A stretch of 64,000 nt of DNA from Candidatus Binatia bacterium. Its GTDB lineage: Bacteria > Desulfobacterota > Binatia > Bin18. The notes under the pieces were generated by a model. The model was given only the letters and a program-made list of their open reading frames with translations, made no database searches and had not been told where the DNA came from. The translations under genes and the position numbers were made by a program. The stretch spans positions 96,001 to 160,000 of the forward strand of contig CAXXHG010000021.1 in the NCBI GenBank assembly GCA_963666315.2, in the 5' to 3' direction. Below, one piece after another: positions 10,416 through 19,884 of this stretch (within the stretch, counting starts at the first letter, position 1; the number at the start of each line of letters is the position of its first letter).

Positions 10416-11576
10416 TCACACAGCCCCGAAGACCTGCTCGACCGCATCCCGGATGGGCTGAAAAACATCACCTGGGGTGTTGGTCATCCGGTTGTGACAA
10501 ATGGCGACCGCCAGGCGGGCATCCGGGTCGGCCCAGGCAATCGCTCCCCCTGCGCCCGGATGGAAGATCGTGCGGGGATTGTGACCAGCCAGACGGAACG
10601 GATAGCGAGGATCTTTCACTCCACCGAGCCACAGTCCTGCGGTCCCCATGCGGATCGGCAAACCGAGGACAGTGTCCGGCTTATCAGTATCCGGGCGCGG
10701 AGTGCTGAAAGTGTTGACCCGCTCTTCGGACAATAAGCGTACGCCGTTTAGCTCACCGCCGTTGGCCAGCATTGCGAATAGCCGGGCTGAGCTGCGCGCG
10801 TTCATGATACCGTGCGCGCCTGGGATACACCCGCCCCGCATATCAGAACGTCCAAAGACCTCCTCGGTCGCGCCGACCTGAGGCGGCATAGCTAGGAGTA
10901 TCGGCGCGTCTGCCGGCAGTGGGAGTGGAGCGGCGTTCTTGAGCCGGGCGACGCGTGGTTCTACTTCTTCAGGAATACCAATCCAGAGATCGGTGATCCC
11001 CAGCGGGGCACAGATTTCTTCCTGTACAAAGGTGCCATACGGCCGCTGTTTGGGATCGGTCAGGCGCACACACTCGGCAATCACCCAGCCGAAGGTGTAA
11101 CACATGTATCCATTCTCGGTTCCGGGCTCAAAAGCGGGCTTCATGCGTGCTAATTGATCGACCATCCAGCCGTAGTCACTCATGAGCTCCGGCGTGACGC
11201 CCTCGGGCATGAAGGGAATACCCAAACGGTGGCTCAATGCGTCCCGGATGGTGGCTTTGTCCTTGCCGTGCGAGGCGAACTCGGGCCAGTAGTGAGCGAT
11301 AGGCGCATCATACTCGATCAGGCCACGCTCGGCTTGGAGATGCAGCGCGGTTGCCGTGGTCGCCTTGATCACGGAGAAGGAGGGGAAGAGAGTGTCAGCA
11401 TCAACCTCTCGCCCGGTGGTTTCATCGGCAATGCCGCTCCAGACGTCTACGACTTGTTCGCCATCAAGATAGACGGCGACCTGTATGCCCAGCTCGCCGT
11501 TCTCACGGATCGTGGTTTCAATGGCTTTTTGAAAAATGTTATTCGCTTCTGGTTTGTTTTCTGCTGTCGCTGCCAT
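10416..11576 (-). CDS. Serine hydrolase, beta-lactamase class C / EstA family
   Basis: SxxK (FSVIK), YWPEFA..GK, PGTENGY, HPGAGG. Confidence 0.9.
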   Translation of the reverse strand: MAATAENKPEANNIFQKAIETTIRENGELGIQVAVYLDGEQVVDVWSGIADETTGREVDADTLFPSFSVIKATTATALHLQAERGLIEYDAPIAHYWPEFASHGKDKATIRDALSHRLGIPFMPEGVTPELMSDYGWMVDQLARMKPAFEPGTENGYMCYTFGWVIAECVRLTDPKQRPYGTFVQEEICAPLGITDLWIGIPEEVEPRVARLKNAAPLPLPADAPILLAMPPQVGATEEVFGRSDMRGGCIPGAHGIMNARSSARLFAMLANGGELNGVRLLSEERVNTFSTPRPDTDKPDTVLGLPIRMGTAGLWLGGVKDPRYPFRLAGHNPRTIFHPGAGGAIAWADPDARLAVAICHNRMTNTPGDVFQPIRDAVEQVFGAV

Positions 11577-11737
11577 AGATTATTCCCCCCTTTTCTCTGA
11601 CTTACGCGCCTTGCTGCCGTTTTGACTGCCTCTGGCTGTTATCCTCTTTTCTGGAAGAGGGAGTCAATAGTGCCGGAGCGCCTTTTTGGCAAGGAGAAAC
11701 GTGCATCGCTATCCGTTTGCGCGCTCTTTGCTATTGG

Positions 11738-11757
11738 CATCAGATCCGATACATGAA
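11738..11757 (+). repeat. attL core (20-bp direct repeat)
   Basis: CATCAGATCCGATACATGAA, identical to 17256-17275. Confidence 0.88.
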
Positions 11758-11771
11758 TACAACCTGTGAGA

Positions 11772-11844
11772 TTCCAATAACTTAGCGGGGTGTGGTGTGC
11801 AGAATGCCGCAAAGCGGCGCACAATCCGCAACCTATCCGTAACT
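11772..11844 (+). promoter_or_regulatory. Putative IHF-like site and integrase arm-type sites
   Basis: TTCCAATAACTTAGC (11772) mirrors inverted GCTAAGTTACTGAAA (17208); ATCCGCAACC-TATCCGTAACT (11824) matches GCAACC-ATCCGCAACC-CAGCCGCAACC (17153-17179). Confidence 0.55.
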
Positions 11845-12178
11845 AACTCTCTGTGATGTTCTTCCGTTCATAGCCGTTTTCGATGTAGATAAACCGCCAC
11901 CACCGAGCGCTGCTTCATCGCGGACGTTTCAATCCTCACTGGCCCGGTAAGGCCGGTGCTATAGCCCATGTTCCAAACCATTAATCCGGCTAGGGTTTTT
12001 ATCTCGTTTGCGCGGACGTAAGAAAAATGGGCTAAAATCCAAACGTCCATCCTGTCTCTTGCGGCCTTGGTGGGCATCTCACCGGGACGCACCCCCTGGT
12101 ATGTATTAACGCAGCGAGTGAGCATCTGAGGGATATTTGCTCATCGAGAAACCGCCTAACTTCTGCTAGGAAGGACCC

Positions 12179-12871
12179 GTGAAATACATCCCGACCATCA
12201 TCACGGTAGTGTTGCTGTTGTGGCCGTTGCCGGTATCTCCCAGTGAGGTAGGCATTGAATGGGACATCCTGAATGAGGAAGCGCAGCAGCTGTATGATAA
12301 GGGCCAATATGGCCGTGCCGTCATAGTTGCCAAAAAGGCCCTTGAAGTAGCAGAGAAAAACGTCGGCCCACACCATCCCGCTGTGGCGACGAGCCTGAAC
12401 AACCTGGCTGAGCTCTACCGAACCCAAGGCCACTACGCGCTGGCCGAGCCGCTCTATAAGCGTGCGCTGGCGATATACGAGCAGGCGCTGGGGCCAGACC
12501 ATCCCCATGTGGCTGCGAGCCTGAACAACCTGGCTGAGGTCTACCGAACCCAAGGCCACTACGCGCTGGCCGAGCCGCTCTATAAGCGGGCGCTGGCGAT
12601 AGTCGAGAAGGCGCTGGGGCCAGACCATCCTAATGTGGCTGCGGGCCTGAACAACCTGGCCTTGCTCTACTCCACCCAAGGCCACTACGCGCAGGGCGAG
12701 CCGCTCTATAAGCGGGCGCTGGCGATAGGGGAGAAGGCGCTGGGGCCGGCCCATCCCGCTGTGGCGACGAGCCTGAAAAACCTGGCCTTCCTTTATCCAG
12801 CCATGAAACGGGATCGGGAAGCCGCAATACTGGAGCAGCGGGCGGCTCGTATACAAGCGATTCAACGATGA
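12179..12871 (+). CDS. Secreted TPR protein (kinesin-light-chain-type 42-aa repeats)
   Basis: Signal-peptide-like N-terminus; repeats HPxVAxSLNNLAxLYxTQGHYAxAEPLYKRALAIxExALGP; AGGAAGGA RBS before GTG. Confidence 0.9.
   Translation: MKYIPTIITVVLLLWPLPVSPSEVGIEWDILNEEAQQLYDKGQYGRAVIVAKKALEVAEKNVGPHHPAVATSLNNLAELYRTQGHYALAEPLYKRALAIYEQALGPDHPHVAASLNNLAEVYRTQGHYALAEPLYKRALAIVEKALGPDHPNVAAGLNNLALLYSTQGHYAQGEPLYKRALAIGEKALGPAHPAVATSLKNLAFLYPAMKRDREAAILEQRAARIQAIQR
12372..12790 (+). repeat. Near-identical 126-bp tandem repeats (about 3.3 units) within the TPR gene
   Basis: ACCCAAGGCCACTACGCG..GAGCCGCTCTATAAGCG recurs at 126-bp spacing. Confidence 0.85.
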
Positions 12872-12928
12872 CCTCTGTCACTGCTGGATGCACCAGGGAA
12901 TAGTTGGTGAGCATCGACACTCTCGAAA

Positions 12929-13775
12929 TTACGGGAACTCGAAGATCAGTACGTCCGCGTAGAATATATTGAAGGGCTCCAAGAAGTTCAGAGTGGTTAT
13001 GTTACCCCCAATGTCAACAGTCGTCTGTTTTGTCAGGCCAGACAAAACCGTATCGCACACACCGTCTAGCGTGTTGCGGTCGAACCAGTCAAACGAGGAC
13101 GAACTGAATTGAACGCCTCCTTGGACGAAATCGAGACGTCCACTACAGGCGAAGAACCCGTCAGACGTGAGGGGTGTAATATCGATAACGAGTGTCTCGC
13201 CGTCACAGGGATTGGTGACAACCCACGTTGCTTGTTCAGCAACGGAACCCAATACGCCAGAGTCGTCGTCAACTGTCGCTGTTTTCGTGACACACAGGCC
13301 ACTCGGAGCAGGCGGATTTGCTTGCGTATACCCTGTCGCTATAAATCCCTGCGCCCCCTGAGACCACTGGACTGTGACGTCCTGTCCGTTGCTGAGCGTC
13401 ACCACCCCAGTCCCAGACACGCCAGTCAGGAATTCCACACCCGAAGTCACAACCTGAAACGTCACCGTGGCAATCTTGACGCCATCCCGAAAAAACTCTG
13501 CGGTATGTGACCCTTGCCCGAGTAGGTTGTAGTTGAAAATGGAGACGATACCATTGTTTGGATCGGTGCAGGGCGTATCGAGTCGTTCCGATCCATAGGA
13601 CAGTTCTATGATGCTTCCACCATCAAACTGCACGGTGTACACGCCCGGTATGCAGTCCCAAGCGGATATGACAAAGATCCCGCTCATCACCCTGTCCTGC
13701 TCCTGGAATACCGACGGTGAGGGTGTGCACGGGAGCAGCAATTAGGCACAGTAGAATCAATAGTACCGCGCGCAC
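12929..13775 (-). CDS. Secreted modular protein A (shared N-terminal domain + unique C-terminal domain); +1 frameshift near 13690
   Basis: GTG 13775 after AAGGGGA gives MRAVLLILLCLIAAPVHTLTVGIPGAGQ; one extra G in a G run joins it to VMSGIFVISAWDC.. of the 270-aa ORF. Confidence 0.75.
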
Positions 13776-14065
13776 AGTGATCCCCTTCTGGTTTTGTATC
13801 TCTGTTAGTCTCGTTCAGCGGCCGGTGGCCATGAGCACCGTTGCGAACAGACTAAGACTCGGCCCTCCCGAGTGTCAACGGGTGTCTCCGGCGGTCCGTT
13901 TGCCCGTTGTGAAAATTCGCGGGACTTTCACGGGGATTCGGAGAGAACTGGGCGTACTATCCGGGACCGTAGAGGCGCTTTTCATGCCGAAAAGTCTAAA
14001 AAAGCCACATTTTCCAGCTGCCTAAAGGGCTCTACATAGCGCGAGCACTCTAGTTGAAGATATCC

Positions 14066-14105
14066 TCTCGTGGTGTGGTGACCATATGGTCACCACACCA
14101 CGAGA
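14066..14105. repeat. Perfect 40-bp spacerless palindrome
   Basis: TCTCGTGGTGTGGTGACCAT|ATGGTCACCACACCACGAGA. Confidence 0.95.
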
Positions 14106-14106
14106 C

Positions 14107-14262
14107 GTGAAAACATGTCCGCTCTGCGCAGAGACGATCAAAGCGGCCGCTCTGAAGTGTCGCTACTGTGGCTCTGACTTGGCGAAAGCTTCGGAGTTAA
14201 CGCCAAGTCAGATTGCTGGAGAGGATTGGGGAACGCAGCGCACGTTGCTTCGGTGGGAGTGA
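14107..14262 (+). CDS. Small zinc-ribbon protein, possibly a fragment
   Basis: Below the ORF-track cutoff: MKTCPLCAETIKAAALKCRYCGSDL...; two CxxC motifs; no clear RBS. Confidence 0.6.
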   Translation: MKTCPLCAETIKAAALKCRYCGSDLAKASELTPSQIAGEDWGTQRTLLRWE

Positions 14263-14438
14263 GAAGGTCAGCAATTCCCTATGACCCAGTGCTACATGCT
14301 TACCTTTCTGTGTGCAGGGGGAGAAGACGCACAACCGCCCGGTGCCGGTAACTCGTTACTCACTCCGTGACGCATCTACCATCGCGTCCAGTACATCCCG
14401 GACCGGGTCAGGGCCCGGCTCGTCCAGGGAAACTGCAC

Positions 14439-15322
14439 TTATGCCGCCTCCACGGATCCGGAGTACCCGATAAAACAAGGAAGAGACAATCCGGCGCAGG
14501 ATCCACTGACCCGATCCGCCAGTATGAGAAAGACCAGGGATCCGTCCAGAAAATTACCAGCAAAACCAGCTATCAACGCGTACGTACACGATTCCGCCGT
14601 GCTCACAGAAGCCTCGCCGACGAGAACAAAGTCTCCATTCATTTCGAGATCGCCGGTGAAGGTGGACGAGCCGCTCAGGACGGTAAGTGCACTGCCGTTC
14701 TGGGACACGGAAAGTGTTCCACCGAGCTGGGTGGGCAGATCGGGGGGTACCTCAATAAAGTTACAGTCTTCGGTCAGGAACGAGAGCGACATTGCCCAGG
14801 TGCCAGCGACATTTGGAAACCCCGGGTCCGGGGTTGGAATCACCGGGCCCGGGGTTGCCTCTGTCACGACAAATGCTTGGAGTGATTGCCTCCACGTCAG
14901 CGCTGCTGTCGATCCATCCGACAGGGTGGATGTCCCTGACCCGGTCATGCCGGTTTTGAATTCCCCGAGCCAAAGTGGACAACCTGAAAGGTGACGGATG
15001 CAAAACTCGCGGCTCCATCAAAGGCTTGGAAGGTATGAGTACCTTGCGAGAGCCGATTAAAATTGTACTGGGCAATCCAGCCGTTGTTGGTGTCATTGCA
15101 GACACTCTCCGTATCCGGACGATCAATGAGACCGGCGAGAGGGAAAGCTGCCCCTCCGTCGATCCGCCCACTCAATGCCCCTTGGGCACATTTCCACCCG
15201 GCGAAAAAATAAATCCCGCTCATCTCTTCGTTGGCGCCCGGCACTTCAATGACACTCGCTGTCGCTGTGCCCATCCACATCAGCGCACCGATGATTCCAC
15301 ATAGTACTCGCGTTTGCATCAT
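14439..15322 (-). CDS. Secreted modular protein B, paralogue of A; frameshift near 14965
   Basis: MMQTRVLCGIIGALMWMGTATA signal, then EVPGANEEMSGIYFFAGWKC..; a shift in a G run joins it to EFKTGMTGSGTSTLSDG..LTWRQSLQAFVVT, Pro linker and a beta-rich C-domain. Confidence 0.75.
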
Positions 15323-15553
15323 GCCCCCCTTAAACGCCGTACGAGAATCTCTTACGTGGGTAAATGATTTCACAGGAACGTTCCGCTTCTGGCCCAGGTC
15401 AGTATACACACAGACTTTGGCAGAAACCAACGGAAAGAGCGGAATAAGCCCCCCTATATTCGCTTATTTCGCTGTGGAAGGCGCAATATCACCGAGTGAT
15501 GCCACTCGTCGTACTGCGGAACCCCATTCTTCTTGGCCGGGTTAGAGGCGGGG

Positions 15554-15796
15554 CTACGAGGTGGACGAGCGCCTCTTCTCCTCGCGGTATCGTTTCACGC
15601 GGTTTTTCCGGCGCTTGACGGCATGCCGTTGGTAATCCGCTCGGGCGCTGCAGGCAGGGCGACAATAGCGCTTCTGCCGGACCCCCTCGAACGTTTCGCC
15701 GCAGACCGGGCAAACCTTTTTCACGATGACGATTTTTTTCGTATAACTCCGGGGCTGAATCACCCGCTCAATCACTCTAATTTGTTCCTCTGCCAT
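15554..15796 (-). CDS. Small basic zinc-finger protein; candidate regulator or directionality factor
   Basis: CPVCGETFEG..KRYCRPACSAR plus Arg/Lys-rich helix; GGAGG RBS; divergent from the integrase. Confidence 0.7.
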   Translation of the reverse strand: MAEEQIRVIERVIQPRSYTKKIVIVKKVCPVCGETFEGVRQKRYCRPACSARADYQRHAVKRRKNRVKRYREEKRRSSTS

Positions 15797-15817
15797 TTCG
15801 CCGCGTCCTCCGCAGTG

Positions 15818-15894
15818 AAGATAGATTCTGTTCGCCCTAATGTCAACGTATTTATTAAAATATCCTCGACATTATCGTTCAGGTAATTTATAAT
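15818..15894. promoter_or_regulatory. Back-to-back sigma70-type promoters
   Basis: Plus strand TCGACA(15866)-17 nt-TATAAT(15889); minus strand TTGACA(15846)-17 nt-TATCTT(15823); AT-rich spacer between them. Confidence 0.65.
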
Positions 15895-16042
15895 GATCTT
15901 GTACTATACAGACGAGAACACACCCGTGCAGAAACCACACCGAGATAGGACACGCGGAAGGTGAGATGCCGCCCAGCGAATAGATTTTTATACGTAGCCC
16001 GTGGCTGAAGCGGCTAATGTGACGAAAGTCAGGAGGTAAACT

Positions 16043-17212
16043 TTGGCAGTAAAAGTTCGCAAACGGAAAGAGCTGTGGTGGGTTTACATTGACCACAACA
16101 ACAAACGCAAGGCCAAGTGCATCGGCCCCAGTAAACGGGCGGCTGACCAAGTGGCGGAGAAGATTCGGGCGAAGCTGGCACTGGGGCAGTTCTCGCTTGC
16201 TGAAGAAGACGCGAAACAGGCAGTCAGCTTCGCTAACTATTACGACCGCTGGCTCAATACCTACGTCGCAGGTTCTGCCAAGCCCAGCACGATGGTGGCG
16301 TATGAATGTGTCGGGCGGTTGTATTTACTTCCGGCGTTTGGCGATCGGCTGTTGCGCGATATTGCGCCGAAGGATGTCCGTGCCTTTGCGTACGGTTTGG
16401 TGGCCACGCAACTGAAGCGCAATACGATCATGAGTATCCTGATCCCGCTCAGCAGCATATTTCGGTTCGCCGTGAAAGACGAGCTGTTGCTCCGTAATCC
16501 GGCCGGCGGCATTGCAGGTGAGATTGGCAGTGCAAAGCAATCCGACCAGCGCCCGGCTGACTTTCTCACCAAGGAGGAACTCGGAGCCCTGCTGCGCTGC
16601 TGCCAAGAGTATTTACCGGTTCGGTATCCCTTCATCTCCCTCTTGGCCAAGAGTGGCTTGCGTATTGGGGAAGCCCTGGCGCTGGAATGGGTCGATATCG
16701 ACTTCGACGGGCGTTTTATCCACGTCAGCAAGACCGCAGACAGGGGTCGGATCGGTAGCCCGAAAAATGGCAAATCACGGCGCGTCGATATGAGCCAGGG
16801 CCTCGCTGACACATTGAAGCGGCTTCGTGTGACGCAAGGCAAACGTGCGCTAGAAAGTGGGGTACCGGCACCCCGGTTGCTCTTCCCAACGAGATCGGGC
16901 CGACTAATGGATCGGACAAACGTCTACCGCTGTATCTGGGGCCCACTCTTGAGGAAGGCGGGATTTCGGCAGATCCATGTCCATGATCTCAGGCATACGT
17001 TCGCAAGCCTGTTGATCCAGAACGGTGAATCCCTAGCCTACGTGAAAGAGCAGATGGGCCATAGCTCGATCAAGATGACGGTGGACACCTACGGGCACCT
17101 CGTACCGGGTGGCAACAAAGCGGCTGTGGACAAGCTGGATGGGCTGGAAGAGGCAACCATCCGCAACCCAGCCGCAACCGGCGGCTGTGAGCGAAAATAC
17201 GAAGCTGGCTAA
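16043..17212 (+). CDS. int: Tyrosine recombinase / phage-type integrase
   Basis: GLRIGE, PKNG, HDLRH, MGH, TYGH catalytic motifs; N-terminal arm-binding-like region; AGGAGG before TTG. Confidence 0.95.
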   Translation: MAVKVRKRKELWWVYIDHNNKRKAKCIGPSKRAADQVAEKIRAKLALGQFSLAEEDAKQAVSFANYYDRWLNTYVAGSAKPSTMVAYECVGRLYLLPAFGDRLLRDIAPKDVRAFAYGLVATQLKRNTIMSILIPLSSIFRFAVKDELLLRNPAGGIAGEIGSAKQSDQRPADFLTKEELGALLRCCQEYLPVRYPFISLLAKSGLRIGEALALEWVDIDFDGRFIHVSKTADRGRIGSPKNGKSRRVDMSQGLADTLKRLRVTQGKRALESGVPAPRLLFPTRSGRLMDRTNVYRCIWGPLLRKAGFRQIHVHDLRHTFASLLIQNGESLAYVKEQMGHSSIKMTVDTYGHLVPGGNKAAVDKLDGLEEATIRNPAATGGCERKYEAG

Positions 17213-17255
17213 GTTACTGAAAGAATTCGGATATTCGAGAATGATCGACACATTA

Positions 17256-17275
17256 CATCAGATCCGATACATGAA
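17256..17275 (+). repeat. attR core (20-bp direct repeat)
   Basis: CATCAGATCCGATACATGAA, 43 bp after the integrase stop. Confidence 0.88.
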
Positions 17276-17304
17276 GGGCAATCGACACGAAAACTGGCGG
17301 ACAC

Positions 17305-19290
17305 ATGACACAACAGGTACCCACACCATCGCTGACGGAAAAGGATCAACCGCTCTGGACCCCGACGCCGGAATTAGCCCGGCAGACGCAGCTGGCCGAG
17401 TTCATGCGCCGCGTTGGCCAGCAGGACTTTCCCGACTATCACTCTCTGTGGGAATGGTCGGTTAAAAATCCGGGCGCATTCTGGTCTGCCGTCTGGGATT
17501 TTTGTGGTGTTATTGGGGAGAAGGGTGGCGTTTTGCTGCACGACGGCAGCAAAATGCCGGGAGCGCAATTTTTCCCGCAGGCCCGTCTGAACTACGCCGA
17601 AAACCTGCTCCGACGCCGTGATAGCCAGACTGCTTTGATTTTCCACCCTGAGACCGGGGCGGAGCGGAGTGTGAGTTTTGCCGAACTGTATGACCGTGTC
17701 AGCCGCTGGGCACACGCGCTGAAAGGCGCCGGGGTGCAAGAAGGCGACCGCGTTGCGGGTTATATGCCAAACATGCCGGAGACGATCATCGCCATGCTCG
17801 CAGCGTCCAGCATCGGGGCGGTCTGGTCCTCGGCCTCGCCGGATTTTGGGGTACAGGGAGTGCTAGATCGATTCGGACAGATCGAGCCGACCGTTCTTAT
17901 TGGGGTTGATGCGTATTTCTACAACGGCAAAAAGGTCGACTGCCTGTCCAAAGTCCGCGGCGTTCAGCGCCAACTGACAGGCCTGAAAAAAACGGTCATT
18001 GTCCCCTTTGTGTCGGACAGTCCCGATCTGAGAGGTCTGACAGATACTGTGAGCCAGGACGATTTCATTGCGCCGTGTGCGGCTGAGGAGATCGCCTTCA
18101 CCCGCCTGCCTTTCAATCATCCGTTGTTCATCATGTTTTCCTCCGGCACCACGGGTGCCCCAAAATGTATTGTCCACGGCCAGGGTGGGACGCTGATCCA
18201 GCATCTCAAGGAACACCGCCTGCACTGCGATATTCGTCCTGCTGACCGGGTGTTCTATTTCACGACGTGTGGCTGGATGATGTGGAACTGGCTGGTTTCG
18301 GCCCTGGCGAGTGAAGCCACGCTGCTACTATACGACGGCTCGCCCTTCTACCCCGACGGACATGTGTTGTGGGAGTTTACCGGTGCGCACCACTGCACCC
18401 TCTTTGGCACGAGTGCGAAATATATTGACGCGCTCAAGATAAACGGCCTGCGTCCCGGCGACACACATGATGTGAGTGCACTGAGAACTATCACTTCCAC
18501 CGGCTCACCGTTGGTGCATGAGAGTTTCGATTTTGTGTACGATGCGATCAAGCGCGATGTGCATTTGGCCTCGATCGCCGGCGGGACGGATCTCATATCC
18601 TGCTTTATGTTGGGCAACCCGGTCTCTCCGGTCTGGCGCGGGGAAATCCAAGAGGCTGGACTGGGCATGGCGTTGGCTGTGTTTGGCGAGGACGGGCTAC
18701 CCATCCCGGCCGGCGCAGGGGCGGGTGAGCTTGTCTGTACCCAGCCGTTCCCGAGTATGCCGGTGGGTTTCTGGAATGATCCCGACGGAAGCAAATACCA
18801 CAATGCCTATTTCGATCGCTTTGAGTCTGTGTGGTGCCATGGTGACTGGATTGAGCGTACGGTCCATAACGGGATCATCATCCACGGTCGCTCTGATGCG
18901 ACACTCAACCCGGGCGGCGTACGCATCGGCACGTCCGAAATCTACCGTCAGGTGGAGCAGGTCGAAGGCGTGGTCGAGAGCCTGGCGGTTGGACAGGACT
19001 GGAAGGCCGACGTGCGGGTGATCCTGTTCGTTACGCTGAAGGACGGCCTGGAGTTGACGCAGGCGCTGGAGAAAGACATCAAAACGCGCATCCGCTCTGG
19101 CGCTTCCCCCCGCCATGTCCCGGCCAAGATCATGCAGGTCGCGGACATCCCGCGTACCAAGAGCGGTAAAATCTCCGAACTCGCCGTCCGCGACGTGCTC
19201 CTCGGCCGACCGGTCAAGAACCTGACCTCGCTCGCCAACCCGGCGGCGCTGGAGCTGTTCAAGGATATTCAGCTCCTACAGGAAGATTGA
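17305..19290 (+). CDS. acsA: Acetoacetate--CoA ligase
   Basis: [62 protein letters not shown]. Confidence 0.93.
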   Translation: MTQQVPTPSLTEKDQPLWTPTPELARQTQLAEFMRRVGQQDFPDYHSLWEWSVKNPGAFWSAVWDFCGVIGEKGGVLLHDGSKMPGAQFFPQARLNYAENLLRRRDSQTALIFHPETGAERSVSFAELYDRVSRWAHALKGAGVQEGDRVAGYMPNMPETIIAMLAASSIGAVWSSASPDFGVQGVLDRFGQIEPTVLIGVDAYFYNGKKVDCLSKVRGVQRQLTGLKKTVIVPFVSDSPDLRGLTDTVSQDDFIAPCAAEEIAFTRLPFNHPLFIMFSSGTTGAPKCIVHGQGGTLIQHLKEHRLHCDIRPADRVFYFTTCGWMMWNWLVSALASEATLLLYDGSPFYPDGHVLWEFTGAHHCTLFGTSAKYIDALKINGLRPGDTHDVSALRTITSTGSPLVHESFDFVYDAIKRDVHLASIAGGTDLISCFMLGNPVSPVWRGEIQEAGLGMALAVFGEDGLPIPAGAGAGELVCTQPFPSMPVGFWNDPDGSKYHNAYFDRFESVWCHGDWIERTVHNGIIIHGRSDATLNPGGVRIGTSEIYRQVEQVEGVVESLAVGQDWKADVRVILFVTLKDGLELTQALEKDIKTRIRSGASPRHVPAKIMQVADIPRTKSGKISELAVRDVLLGRPVKNLTSLANPAALELFKDIQLLQED

Positions 19291-19339
19291 TCCGAGTAGT
19301 CGTATGAGGGCAGTATGGACACCCCTACGATTGTCACCG

Positions 19340-19410
19340 ATGGGCTGTCGGAGTCGGATATGTACAAGCACGTGGTTGGGAATGCTGCGCAGCTGTATGA
19401 ACTCAACTAA
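19340..19410 (+). pseudogene. C-terminal remnant of an amidohydrolase_2-like gene
   Basis: GLSESDMYKHVVGNAAQLYELN* resembles the family's terminal NAxxLY motif. Confidence 0.4.
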
Positions 19411-19424
19411 CCTAGACTTTCTAA

Positions 19425-19455
19425 CCGCCCTGCTTCGTTGCAGGGCGGGCCTTTT
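19425..19455 (+). terminator. Intrinsic terminator
   Basis: CCGCCCTGC/GCAGGGCGG stem followed by TTTT, between convergent genes. Confidence 0.65.
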
Positions 19456-19497
19456 CTGCTGAGTAGGAAGTGAGAGAGCGGCGGTGTAATGCGCGCT

Positions 19498-19884
19498 TTA
19501 CTTCAGACCTTCCCCACTGGGGTCGTCGATGATGAGGAGCCATGTCCCGTCGGGTTGCTTGCGGACGACCTCGACGCTATGGAGCGGCGTCGTGACCGGC
19601 TTCCCATCCGGGCCTGGACTGGTACTGCTGCCTTTCACCCGCGTGACCGCAACAGACCCATCAGCACTTGGGATCGCCGTGACCGCCTCGACGTTAAACG
19701 TTGCCTTGGCGGCGATATAGCCCTGCATCACCTCGCGGATCGCAGCCTGGCCGGTGACCACCTGGTCGGCCGACACCACAAACGTGGCATTCGGCTCGTA
19801 TAGGGCTACCGCCGCGTCGAGGTCTTCCTTTCCCAGCGCTTCGAGCAAAAGCAGATCACACTCTTCGGGTTTCTGTGCTGGCAT
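19498..19884 (-). CDS. NTF2/SnoaL-like protein (YybH/DUF4440)
   Basis: DLDAAVALYEPNA, GQAAIRE, EVVRKQPDGTWLLIIDDP. Confidence 0.85.
   Translation of the reverse strand: MPAQKPEECDLLLLEALGKEDLDAAVALYEPNATFVVSADQVVTGQAAIREVMQGYIAAKATFNVEAVTAIPSADGSVAVTRVKGSSTSPGPDGKPVTTPLHSVEVVRKQPDGTWLLIIDDPSGEGLK

Larger units (their letters stand above)
11738..17275. mobile_element. 5.5-kb integrative element carrying a tyrosine integrase
   Basis: Perfect 20-bp direct repeat at both ends, integrase adjacent to the right end, arm-like GCAACC repeats inside both ends, cargo unrelated to the flanking metabolic genes. Confidence 0.85.

Noticed and set aside
11738-11757. att core as a tRNA end or dif site
   Set aside because: No T-arm or CCA; only a loose XerD-arm resemblance and no XerC arm.
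12372-12790. CRISPR array
   Set aside because: 126-bp in-frame coding repeats with no unique spacers; no cas genes.
12032-12865. 277-aa repetitive antisense ORF
   Set aside because: Shadow of the TPR repeats.
13905-14060. End of a nested second element
   Set aside because: Loosely repeated CGGGA motifs but no partner repeat or second recombinase.
11738-17275. Prophage or phage satellite
   Set aside because: No structural, terminase, primase or AlpA-like genes.
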